From positions 15,376,001 to 15,440,000 of the forward strand of contig NC_043022.1 in NCBI RefSeq assembly GCF_006345805.1: 64,000 bases of DNA, written 5' to 3'. The translations under genes were made by a program, and so were the position numbers. Of this stretch, positions 51,199 through 62,154 are shown piece after piece (the stretch's first letter is position 1; each line of letters opens with the position of its first letter). Source of the stretch: Octopus sinensis. Its lineage: Eukaryota. Under the pieces are notes generated by a model. The model did not search any database. It was not told the origin of the DNA and saw only the letters and a list, made by a program, of their open reading frames with translations.

Positions 51199-51379
51199 AA
51201 AGTCAGTGCTAAAGCGACGGCCGATTCCGTCGAAGAAAGCTCTCAGGTCAAACTGTTTCGAAGAATCTGCCGAGCTGCGGAACTTTTTGTCAATTACAAG
51301 AAAGAATTCCAGGACTTGAAGACAGACAGACAGAAATGTAAACGCTTGAGGGAAATACTAAAAGATGCTGGTATGACAG
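51199..51379 (+). CDS. HIRIP3: HIRIP3-like exon 5, start of the CHZ-type C-terminal domain
   Basis: Acceptor TTTTTCTGAAACAG| and donor G|GTGAGT. Peptide VKLFRRICRAAELFVNYKKEFQDLKTDRQKCKRLREILKDAGMTG parallels HIRIP3 VMRLKRYIRACGAHRNYKKLL...ELEALGMKG. Confidence 0.88.
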
Positions 51380-51698
51380 GTGAGTCGGTTCCAAGTGGAT
51401 GATGGACCATTTTCTTTCCTTGTCTTTCTCTGCCTCTCTCTCTCTCTCTCTCTCCTTATAATCCTTTTTACTTGCTTCAGTCATTTGACTTTGGCCATGC
51501 TGGAGCACCGCCTTTAGCCGAACAAATCGACCCCAGGACTTATTCTTTGTAAGCCCAGTACTTATTCTATCGGTCTTTTTTGCCGAACCGCTAAGTTACG
51601 GGAACATAAACACACCAGCATTGTTTGTCAAGCAATGTTGGGGGAGGGGGGGACAAACACACACACACAAATATATACACATACATATATATATATAT

Positions 51699-51731
<33 letters not shown>

Positions 51732-51829
51732 ATGAGCTTCTTTCAGTTTCCTTCTACCAAATCCTCTCACAAGGCTTTGGTCGGCCCCAGACTATAGCAG
51801 AAGCCACTGTGCAACAACATAAAAGACAA

Positions 51830-52185
51830 CACAATGCAATACAAGGGGTTTTTCTCATGTAAACAATGTAAAATCCCAATAGGGGAAGTGCTTTAAAGGT
51901 CCTGTGGAAAACCCCCCAAAAGCCATCAGTGCCTGATCAATAGGGCAAGAGCCCTTCTTTTGTCTTTCACAGGTGTATGCTCAGAATTGGTCCTTTTACA
52001 TTGGCCATTCTTCCAACAAACTTGCTACAACGCAACTCTTCCTTCTCTGCCCTCAACTTCCTTTTCAAGTGAAACTTGAAAAAGTTGATTAGGGTTTGGC
52101 CAAATAGGAAAGTATCTGACCTTAGCCCTTTCAAACAAGTCCTCCATACTGTCTCTTTTGCTACAGCCACCAGAGAAATAATAAT
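51830..52185 (-). mobile_element. Tx1/L1-like LINE 3' fragment
   Basis: VAKETVWRTCLKG...LINFFKFHLKRKLRAE resembles the Tx1/L1 ORF2 C-terminus; degenerate. Confidence 0.5.
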
Positions 52186-52444
52186 AATAGTAATTTCTAC
52201 TTAAGGTACAAGGCCTGAAATTTGGGGGAGGGGGACTAGTCGATTGCATTGACCCTAGTGTTTCACTGGTACTTAATTTATCAACCCCAAAAGGATGAAA
52301 GGTAAAGTTAACCTTGGTGGAATTTGAACTCAGAACGTAAGGACGGACGAAGTACTGCTAGGCATTTCGCCCAGCGTGTTAACGATTCTGCCAGCTCACC
52401 ACCTTATTAATAATAACAACAATAATTTCTTGGCCTGCACAAAA

Positions 52445-52823
52445 CTCTTTTACTTGTTTCAGTCATTTGACTGCGGCCATGCTGGAGCACCACCTTTAAT
52501 CAAGCAACTCGACCCCGGGACTTATTCTTTTTTGTAAGCCCATTACTTATTCTATCGGTCCCTTTTACCGAACTGCTAAGTGACGGGGACATAAACACAC
52601 CAGCATCGGTTGTCAAGCAATGCTAGGGGGACAAACACACACACATACATATATATACGACGGGCTTCTTTCAGTTTCCGTCTACCAAATCCCCTCACAA
52701 GGCATTGGTCGGCCCGGGGCTATAGCAGAAGACACTTACTTGCCCAAGATGCCACGCAGTGGGACTGAACCCGGAACCATGTGGTTGGTAAACAAGCTAC
52801 TTACCACACAGCCACTCCTGCAC
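52445..52823 (-). mobile_element. SINE family A copy
   Basis: Full-length reverse copy; another lies at ~51468-51800. Confidence 0.85.
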
Positions 52824-52913
52824 CTGTACCTTTTTTAACGAGGATTCTTAAGTTGATTAAATAAACCGCTGCAATTATTGGATGAATTAATTAGTTGATT
52901 TATTGTGTTTCAG

Positions 52914-53003
52914 GCCGTCCAACAATGAAAGCTGCGGAAAGAATACGTTTGTTGCGCGAAGCTAAACAGTTAAACAAGGACAATATTATATCTTGTGATT
53001 CAG
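52914..53003 (+). CDS. HIRIP3: HIRIP3-like exon 6 (RPTMKAAERIRLLREAKQLNKDNIISCDSG)
   Basis: Acceptor TGTTTCAG| and donor G|GTAAGT; 90 nt, phase 1/1. Parallels HIRIP3 TPSLGKCRAL...VASLDVANIISGSG. Confidence 0.88.
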
Positions 53004-53052
53004 GTAAGTCCTGGCTTTATAAGCATTTTACATCAGGAACAGAGCAAAGAAT

Positions 53053-53510
53053 GTCTGGCTGCTAATCATCATCATTGTTCGACCGTGGTCGAGACAATGG
53101 AATTTACCATGCTACGCCAGACTTCACGGTCCATCATAGCATTACGGAGGTCCTGTTGCTGGATGCCTGTATCCCTGGAGATTACATCAGGGTAGGAGAG
53201 TGTGCGCCCTCTGGTATTGCGAGTAGATGGCTTCCAGAGGAGAAGAGTAGAAATTACCTCTTTTTCAGCTCTACAACAATGTCCAGCAAACTGGACTCTC
53301 CTACCTTTCACAGGAGATGACACAGGTGGTAGTTTCCCATATATTTGCATTTTGGTTGGATGGCGCTTCCACGAGAGATTTTGAGCTCTCATAAGGAGGC
53401 GAGTGTAGGTTCCATCCAACCGCCTCTCAAGCTTCTTTGATAACGTCCAGGTTTCTGCTAAGCTACAGTTATGGGTCTACTGACTGGGTCCTCGTCACAA
53501 ACTGTTGGAC
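53053..53510 (-). mobile_element. 3' end of a second RTE/RTEX-like LINE family
   Basis: C-terminal peptide RRVQFAGHCCR...LLLWKP...MMDREVWR, followed by a (GAT)n tail. Confidence 0.75.
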
Positions 53511-54342
53511 TAACTCTCAGTGAACAGGTCGCGATCTTAAAGCTACGAAAATATTTTGGCAAATGAAATTTAAATGTTGAAGTGAATCTAACGGTTTTTG
53601 TGTGTTTCTTAAATGCCTTATAAACACCTTCCACTCTGCAATTGTGGAACTACTAACCTGCTGCTTATCAATGAATAGATGTGATCTCTCTCTCTCTCTT
53701 AACCCTTTTGCTACTGTATTTATTTTGAGATGCTCTGTGTTTCTTTCAATTACTTTAAATCTAACAAAAGAATTTAGTAAAATAACTTAATTATCATTCA
53801 GCTAGTGTTAAGAACATAAATTGCGACTAAGGTTTGGAGGAAGATTTTAATTCAAAACTTATGAAAACAAGACATTTATACTCAGAGCCAGAGCCGGTTT
53901 CAGCCAGGTTGGTAACAAAAGGGTTAAAAAAAAAACTAGAAGGGGATAATTCATTCCCTCCCTCGTCCTCTGTTATATATGTATATGTAAGTGTATGTAT
54001 GTATATATATATATATATATATATATTTGGCGTTAGGAAGGGCATCCAGCTGTAGAAACACTGCCAGATAAGACTGGAGCCTGGTGCAGCCTTCTGGCTT
54101 CCCAGATCCCCGGTCGAACCGTCCAACCCATGCTAGCATGGACAACGGACGTTAAACGATGATGATGATGAATCAAGATTAATCAGAAAAAAAAAAAAAT
54201 CAAGATTAATCAGCCGAAATTGCTAGGATGATCCGGTTCTTGATTGAAGGCTTCGAATGTCCCGTCTGTGTTTATCGTCTTCTAAATGTTTTACGTTCTT
54301 GTCCCAGTTTGTATTTTTCTACATAATATATGTATGTATGTA

Positions 54343-54670
54343 TGATGGCACATGGCTCAGTGGTTAGAGTGTCGGGCTCATAATCACGAGGTAGCGAGTT
54401 CAATTCCCAGACCAAGCAGCATGTTGTGTTCTTGAGCAAGACACTTTATTTCACATTGCTCCAGTTCCCCCAGCTTTAGAAATGAATTGCAACATCTCTG
54501 GGGCCAAGCTGTATTGGCCCCTTTGCCTTTCCCATGGATAACATCGGTGGCATGGAGATGGGCAACTGCTGGTCTTCCATAAACCACCTTGCCCAGACTT
54601 GTGCCTCGGAAGGTAACTTTCTAGGTGCAATGCCATGGTCATTCATGACCGAAGGGGCTCTTTACCCATC
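54343..54670 (+). mobile_element. tRNA-derived SINE (family D, CTTGAGCAAGACAC core)
   Basis: A box TGGCTCAGTGG and B box GAGTTCAATTCCC; related reverse fragments at ~43570-44190. Confidence 0.7.
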
Positions 54671-54724
54671 ACCCTTTTTATATGCGTGTTTAACCTTGTA
54701 TTATTGCTTTTGTTGATGTTACAG

Positions 54725-54864
54725 GTCGATCCCGTAGGAAACGAAAAGGGTTTTTCTCTGTGGAAAACTCTCCTGCCAAAATAGTAAAATCTAAGCCCGA
54801 AAGCTTCCATAACCTGAAAGGAGTTGTGGACAGTGAAGGGTCCGGAAGCGATATGGAAACATAA
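54725..54864 (+). CDS. HIRIP3: HIRIP3-like last coding exon (RSRRKRK...FHNLKGVVDSEGSGSDMET*)
   Basis: Acceptor GTTACAG| and TAA at 54862-54864. FHNLKGVVDSEG parallels the HIRIP3 terminal WSHMRGIISSDG. Confidence 0.85.
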
Positions 54865-55099
54865 ACCAAACAAAAGGAGCCGAAGGTAAACTATACATGT
54901 TGTGTATACAGACTTGTGATCAAGGTGGTTCCAGCCTTGACCATCACCTCTTATTTTCATGCATCATGCATGTTTCTCCGATTACTACAATATCCTGTGG
55001 GTCCTTCGAGAAAGACCTGGGTCCATTTTCTGCTTACTTTGTTTATGTTAACCATTTAGTCAAAGAGAGAAAGAGCAGCACGGTCCATATGGGCCCTTA

Positions 55100-55470
55100 T
55101 TTCTTTTTATTACTTATCATTTATTAATATTTATAATTAATTATCATTTATTAATTATTATCATTTATTAATGTTATTAATTATCATTTATTAATATTTG
55201 TTATTAATTATTATTATCATTTATTAATATTTATAATTAATTATTAATATTTGTTAATTATTATTATTATTTGTTAATTATTATTTATTAATATTTGTTA
55301 TTAATTATTATTACCATTTATTAATATTTATAATTAATTAATATGTTAATTATTAATATTTGTTAATTATTATTATTGTTATTAATTATTATTTATTAAT
55401 ATTTGTTATTAATATTTATAATTAATTATTAATATTTGTTAATTATTATCATTATTTGTTATTATTGATT
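55100..55470. repeat. extremely AT-rich degenerate minisatellite
   Basis: Repeating TTATTAATATTT/TTATTATCAT units with almost no G or C. Confidence 0.85.
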
Positions 55471-55839
55471 GCGGTATTTTTTTAAAAATAATTTTCCTTT
55501 TTCCAAGCCTGTGACCCCGATTTTCTTTCGTTTGTCTTTTTCAGATGCCGGAAACAATCCCTGTGATATTGTAGGAAAAGATTCTACTTGACTCTTGAAA
55601 TGACTCTCTCTCTCTCCTTCTTCATTTGAGTTCTTCCTGCCCCCACCCCCCACTTTCCAACAAACACCCAATGCATATCCCATACCTTGCACACCACACA
55701 CACACACACGACAGATTATTTACACACACAATTTCATTCTCTCACACACATGCTTAGATACACACGTTCAACACACATTCGTTCGTTCATACACACACAC
55801 TGGACCATGATATTTTGTAGTCTTATCTTCCCACACACA

Positions 55840-56165
55840 CACACTTTCTCTCTCTCTCTCTATTGTCAACTAAAAGCATTGTCTCACAATTTTATTGATA
55901 TCTTTGTTCTCTCTCTCTCTCTCTCCACTTTCCTCCTTCTTTCTTTCTGCCCCTCTCTGTCTCTTTCTGTGTTTTTCTCCATTACTGTTTCTCTTTCTCT
56001 TCTCCCCCCTCTCTCCTTCCGTTACTCTCTTTCTCTCTCCCTTTCTTTGTCTCCATCTCTCTCTCTTTCTCCACTTCCCTCCTTTCTTTCTTTCTGCCTG
56101 TTCCCCCCTCCATTCTTCCTTGCTCTTTCCCTCTCTCCTTCCGTTACTCTCCATCTCTCTCTTTC
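55840..56165. repeat. CT-rich polypyrimidine low-complexity tract
   Basis: Direct reading of the sequence. Confidence 0.85.
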
Positions 56166-59117
56166 ACATATACACATTCTTTTTTGTTGTTTTACTATTA
56201 AGCTTCATGCTAGTTTCCCTTTTTTTTATTTGTTACATCTAAACCAAGATCAGTGATTCAATAAAAGTGTAAAATCAGTAAAAAAAAAAATTTTTAACAA
56301 ACCAAATCAAGGAAGGCCAGTTGTTAAATGGGACCCCAGTATATTACTGAGTGCCTGTTGTCTTGATGGCAACGAAACTTCTCTTGAATGGTGTGAGACA
56401 TTTTAATATAGCATGGAACTTCAGGGAAGTATCTGCTTCTGCGGCCCTGGCCTGACCAGTGCCTTATAAATGCAGGAGACAAGCTGTAGGGGGCCCAGTG
56501 GAGACACAGACTGCTGTAAGGGGTGGTGCTTAGTGCTGCATTTAGACTGACCGTAGATGAAGCAAAGGGAGAGGCACAAATAAGGAGAGCTTGGCCTGCT
56601 GTCGTCCACTTTTCCATGCTTTTGTCGAGCCTTTTTTTTTTTTGCCTTTTCGTGGTCAGTTGACCCTCCAGTTGTCAGCCCTCACCTGTTTCCAAGCAAG
56701 GTCATATTTACCCACTGGTCCTCTCAACACAAACATTACAATGACCAGACATGTTTTCATGGAAGACGGTAAACAACACTGCTTGTACGACAGCTACATT
56801 CGTCTACGATCTATGCATGATATCAAGACAGAGATATCAACACCCACACATATTGGAAAGAAAATTATGATAAACTTAATCATCTTTTAATGTCCGTTTT
56901 CTGTGCTGGCATGGGTTGGACAGTTTGATTAAAAACTGGTAAGCCCGTGGGCTGTACCAGGTTCTAATCTGATCTGGCAATGTTTCTACAGCTGGATGCC
57001 TTTCCTAATGTCAACCACGCCAAGAGTGTAGTGGGTGCCTTTTAAGTGCCACCAGTATGGGTGCCATTGACTTGACCCCAGCATCAGCCACGACTAAGGT
57101 CTTACCTGGCCTGACAGGTCTACACAAGCATGGTATATTGCCAAAGGTCTTGGTCACTTGTCATGGCCTCCATGAGGCCCAATGCTCAAATGGTACTTTT
57201 TATGTGCCACCGGCATTGGAATCGGCTGTGACTGTGAGATGCTACGATACAAACTGCATCTTGCGTTTAATCCTTTGAGCATTTAAACAGGTAGTGTCCA
57301 GCCAAAATATTCCATCTGTTTTCATGTTCAAAGTGGCCAGATCAGACCTCTCACACCTACCCTACAATGTCATTCTAAAAATAAACAATCGCGTCATTGA
57401 AATCTTGAAGCTATGAATTAATGCATGATTAATTCCAAACAAGTGTGAATAAATAAGCATTAAATTTGACGAAGTAATCTGAATGCTGTAGGGTTAAACT
57501 GGACGCGAAACGGATGAGGATCCTGCACAAGAATCTCTAAACTCACAGCTTTTAATCGTTCTGATCTCAAGATGTTGACGACAGCTAAAGTTAAATGTCT
57601 CTCACATGCCATTTATCAATGACTACACAAACATCATCATCATCATACGTCCGTTCTCCATGCTAGCATGGGTTGGACAGTTCGACCAGGGTCTGGGAAG
57701 CCAGGAGGCTGCACCAGGCTCCAGTCTGATCTGGCAGTGTTTCTACAGCTGGATGCCCTTCCTAACGCCAACCACTCCACGAGTGTAGTGAGTGCTTTTT
57801 ACGTGCCACCGGCACCTGTGCCAGGGGAGTCTGGCAGTGGCCACGATCGGTTGGTGCTTTTAATATACCACCGGTACAGAAGCCACTCAAGGCGGCGCTG
57901 GCATCAACCACGTTTGGATGGTGGCATCGGCCACGTTCGGACAGATGTATATTTAAAGGCTATATATATGTGGTGGGGTTGGAATAAACATCAAAGATGC
58001 TTTACTCCCCCCCCCCAAACACACACACTCTAATACAGGAACTACTCAGAGGTTTTGCAAACTATTCTAAATCCATTGCAATGTTGAAAACCATTCCGCA
58101 TATCATCAGCAGGTATCTCAGGATAACGAGGTTTTGCTCCTTAGCTTGTATACCTCACCTGAGGGGCGCAGCAAGGATCGAGCTGGTCTTTGCCCATGGA
58201 AAGGTTCCACTTGCTTTCTCTTATCAACCAGAGCCATCTCAAGAGCTACTTTCAGCTGCCATGCCTATTTCCTTATTTATATATATAAGTGGCCTCTACC
58301 TGGGATGTAGCCAGCCCACTTAGGCATTCCTTTCCTTCTTGGGACACAAAACTCCACTTGTGAAGACCTGTTGAGGCAAATGAAAATCAAAATCAAAATA
58401 GTAATCTAGCAACATCAATAGAATTTGTAGCAGTTATACCAGTGCCGGTGGCACGTAAGAGAACCATCCGAACGTGGCCGTAGCCAGCGCCGCCCGACTG
58501 GCCTCTGTGCCGGTGGCACATAGAAAGCACCATCCGACCGTGGCCGTTGCCAGCCTCGTCTGGCACCTGTGTCGGTGGCACGTTAAACGCACCATCCGAA
58601 CGTGGCCGTTTGCCAGCCTCGTCTGGCACGTAAAAAGCACCCACTACACTCACGGAATGGTTGGCCATAGGGAGGGCATCCAGCTGTAGAAATACTGCCA
58701 GATCAGACTGGAGTCTGGTGCAGCCTCCTGGCTTCCCAGACCCCAGTCGAACCGTCCAACCCATGCTAGCGCGGAAAGCAGACGTTAAACGATGATGATG
58801 ATGATGGTGAAGTAAACAGGAAACGAGAAATATTGATCAACAAGAACTGACCTACAACAATTATTATTTTTTTAATTCAATACAAACAGACTGATTCCCA
58901 TCCAATAGTATTGAACTGAAAAATAATGTTTGATTTAGGTCAGTTGCTGTTGATCAATATTTCTCCATTTTCTGTTTATTTTAAATTTGATTCCCGATAA
59001 ACTCATGTTTACCTTAGTCATTACCTGTGATACATATGTATGCCCAGGGTTAAATATAGGTAACTATACCGGTAATATAATGGTTACTTTTATCCCTTAG
59101 ACGGTTATTCTAAACTC

Positions 59118-59779
59118 TATATATATATATGTGTGTGTGTGTGTGTATGGGTATATATGTATATGTATGTGTGTGTATGTATATATGTGTGTGTGTGTGT
59201 ATATATGTATATATGTATATGTGTGTGTGTGTATATATATGTGTGTGTGTGTGTATATATATATGTGTGTGTGTGTATATATATATATATGTGTGTGTGT
59301 ATATATGTATGTATGTGTATATATATGTATATATATATCTGTATATGTGTATATATATATGTATGTATTGTTATATTTGGGGATGGTCTTCTTTTTGGCC
59401 AATTTTTATGCTGAAAATATGACCGTCCCACAAAATAACAATATCTCTTTCAACACGCACTTCCACATCAAGAATCTTACAAAACAAATGCATAAACATT
59501 GTGTGTGTGTATATAAGCATATGTATGTATATATATATATATATACATATGTGTGTATGTATGTATGTATATATATATATGCATGTGTGTGTATGTATGT
59601 ATGTATATATATATATGCATGTGTGTGTATGTATGTATGTATGTATATATATATGCATATGTGTGTATATATATATATATATATTATATATGCATATGTG
59701 TGTATGTATGTATGTATATATATGTATATATATATGCATGTGTGTATGTATGTATGTATGTATGTATATATATATATGC

Positions 59780-59815
<36 letters not shown>

Positions 59816-59966
59816 GCATATGTGTGTATGTATGTATATATATATATGCATATGTGTGTATATATATATATAATATATATATGCATATGTGTGTATGTAT
59901 GTATATATATATATATATGCATATGTGTGTATGTATGTATGTATGTATGTATGTATATATATATAT
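59118..59966. repeat. (TA/TG) compound microsatellite blocks
   Basis: Blocks at 59118-59365 and 59500-59966. Confidence 0.95.
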
Positions 59967-60180
59967 AAAAGAGAAAGGAGGATAAGACAAGGTTTAAGTT
60001 CCAATCCCTGTCTGCCCCCCCCCCCCCCCATTACGGTTGTTTGGGGCTGGGCATTTGGTCTTCCAGCATCATTTAGGTGCTCAACCGGCAACAGATTGCC
60101 AAGGGAACCCTTTATTGCTTTAATTTACCGGAGGAGAACGAATGTGTTTTTATGTGTATAGTCTAACCCCACACAGACCC

Positions 60181-60283
<103 letters not shown>

Positions 60284-60714
60284 ATTGTGACCCTGGCAGA
60301 AAGGAAAGCAATACATCTCAGAGTCCAGGGTAGAGAGCAAATCAAACAACACACACCTCACTATTGGACATGCTCTTTATCTCTTTCTTTCTTTCTATCT
60401 CTCTCTGTCTCTCTCTCCCTCTCTCCTTTCCTCTCTTTCACCTCTCCTCTTTATGATATCATCTGACATGAAACAGAAATGCCTCACACTTAAAAATAAA
60501 AATTAAAAAATGCCATGCCTTACCCCATTCTCTCTCACACACACACACACACACACACTGACTCTCTTCTGCTCTTATTCTGTCTAATCATTGTTATCCA
60601 GTGAAAGCCCCAGCTACAGCAGTTGAAATCAGAACGTTGACTAAGCCAAGAAAATAACACGAAGTTAAACTGTGATTCAAAAAAGTTCATGTTTTGTTGT
60701 TGTTCAAAGAAGGA

Positions 60715-60747
<33 letters not shown>

Positions 60748-61323
60748 CTATCCAACTAAAATTATATATTTCTGCAATGTAAAAATAAAAAGAATTTAAA
60801 AAAAGAAAACATTTTTGTTTTAATGTGTGTGTGTGTGTGTATAAAGCTACGTACATTTATATTTTACATGTTTATATATACAAATACCTGTTGGTAACTC
60901 TTCGAAGATCACAGCTGGGCCGTGAAGGATGTCGTCATCAGACCATGGGACGTGTGTTTCTGCATACTGTACACTTCATCAGTTACAGACTCTGAATCTG
61001 CCATTCAGAGCTCACTTTGGGTCGATAAGATAAGCACCATTTAAACATTGGGTTTGAGGCAATCGACTTCCTCCTTCCTTCAGAATTCTTGCCCTGTGCC
61101 AAAATATGAAAGAATTCTTATGTAAATAGCATAAAATACATTTACTGGTGTATGCAAAGCTTTGTCAAGCAGTGGGCCTGTATTTCGGGCACAGTGAGTA
61201 GCAATGGTTTCAATATAAGTGTGTCCATGCTTATGTTTTCAAAGTTGATGGGGGGGGGGGGGGGTTAGACCATTCTTGGGAATCATGACTTACGATCAGG
61301 GTTGTACTTTTTTTACAAATGTA

Positions 61324-61722
61324 GGCGCAGGAGTGGCTGTGTGGTAAGTAGCTTGCTTACCAACCACATGGTTCCGGGTTCAGTCCCACTGCGTGGCACC
61401 TTGGGCAAGTGTCTTCTACTATAGCCTCGAGCCGACCAAAGCCTTGTGAGTGGATTTGGTAGGCGGAAACTGAAAGAAGCCTGTCGTATATAAGTATATA
61501 TATATATATGTGTTTGTGTGTCTGTGTTTGTTCCCCTAGCATTGCTTCACAACCGATGCTGGTGTGTTTATGTCCCCGTCACTTAGCGGTTTGGCAAAAG
61601 AGACCGATAGAATAAGTACTGGGCTTACAAAGAATAAGTCCCGGGGTCGAGTTGCTCGACTAAAGGCAGTGCTCCAGCATGGCTGCAGTCAAATGACGGA
61701 AACAAGTAAAAGAGTAAAAAAG
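61324..61722 (+). mobile_element. SINE family A copy
   Basis: Full-length consensus-like copy. Confidence 0.85.
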
Positions 61723-62154
61723 AGAGTATTAGACTACCATTTCCAAGATCCAAACATTCAGGAAACCACCAAATCCCAAGGGCATCAGATAAGGGATTGT
61801 GTACACACAGAAGTCAAGTACCAGGGTGGATGTAATCGACAAAGCCCCCCTCCCCTCAAAACTGCTGGCTTTATGCGTAAATTTCTTTTGATTTTGGCAC
61901 AAGGGCAGCAAATTTTGATGGGAGAAGTCTACCATTGACACCCAATATTTGGCTGATATTTTGTTCTACCTTGTTTTAGCTTTTAGACTGGCCATGCTGG
62001 GGCACCACCTTGAAGTACTTTACTCAAATAAATCGCAGCACTTTTTAAGTCTGATGCTTATCCCATTGGTCTGTTTTGCCGAATTGCTAAGTTACAGGGA
62101 CATTAACACACAAACACTGGTTGTCAAGCAGTGGTTGGAGACACACACACACAC

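Larger units (their letters stand above)
16729..54864 (+). other. HIRIP3: HIRIP3-like gene span (7 coding exons, 2769-nt CDS, 922 aa)
   Basis: Exons 16729-16802, 39189-39321, 40516-42513, 47789-47941, 51199-51379, 52914-53003 and 54725-54864 join in frame (intron phases 2,0,0,0,1,1), all with GT-AG. The N-terminus and the C-terminal CHZ-type region match remembered HIRIP3 motifs. Confidence 0.85.
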
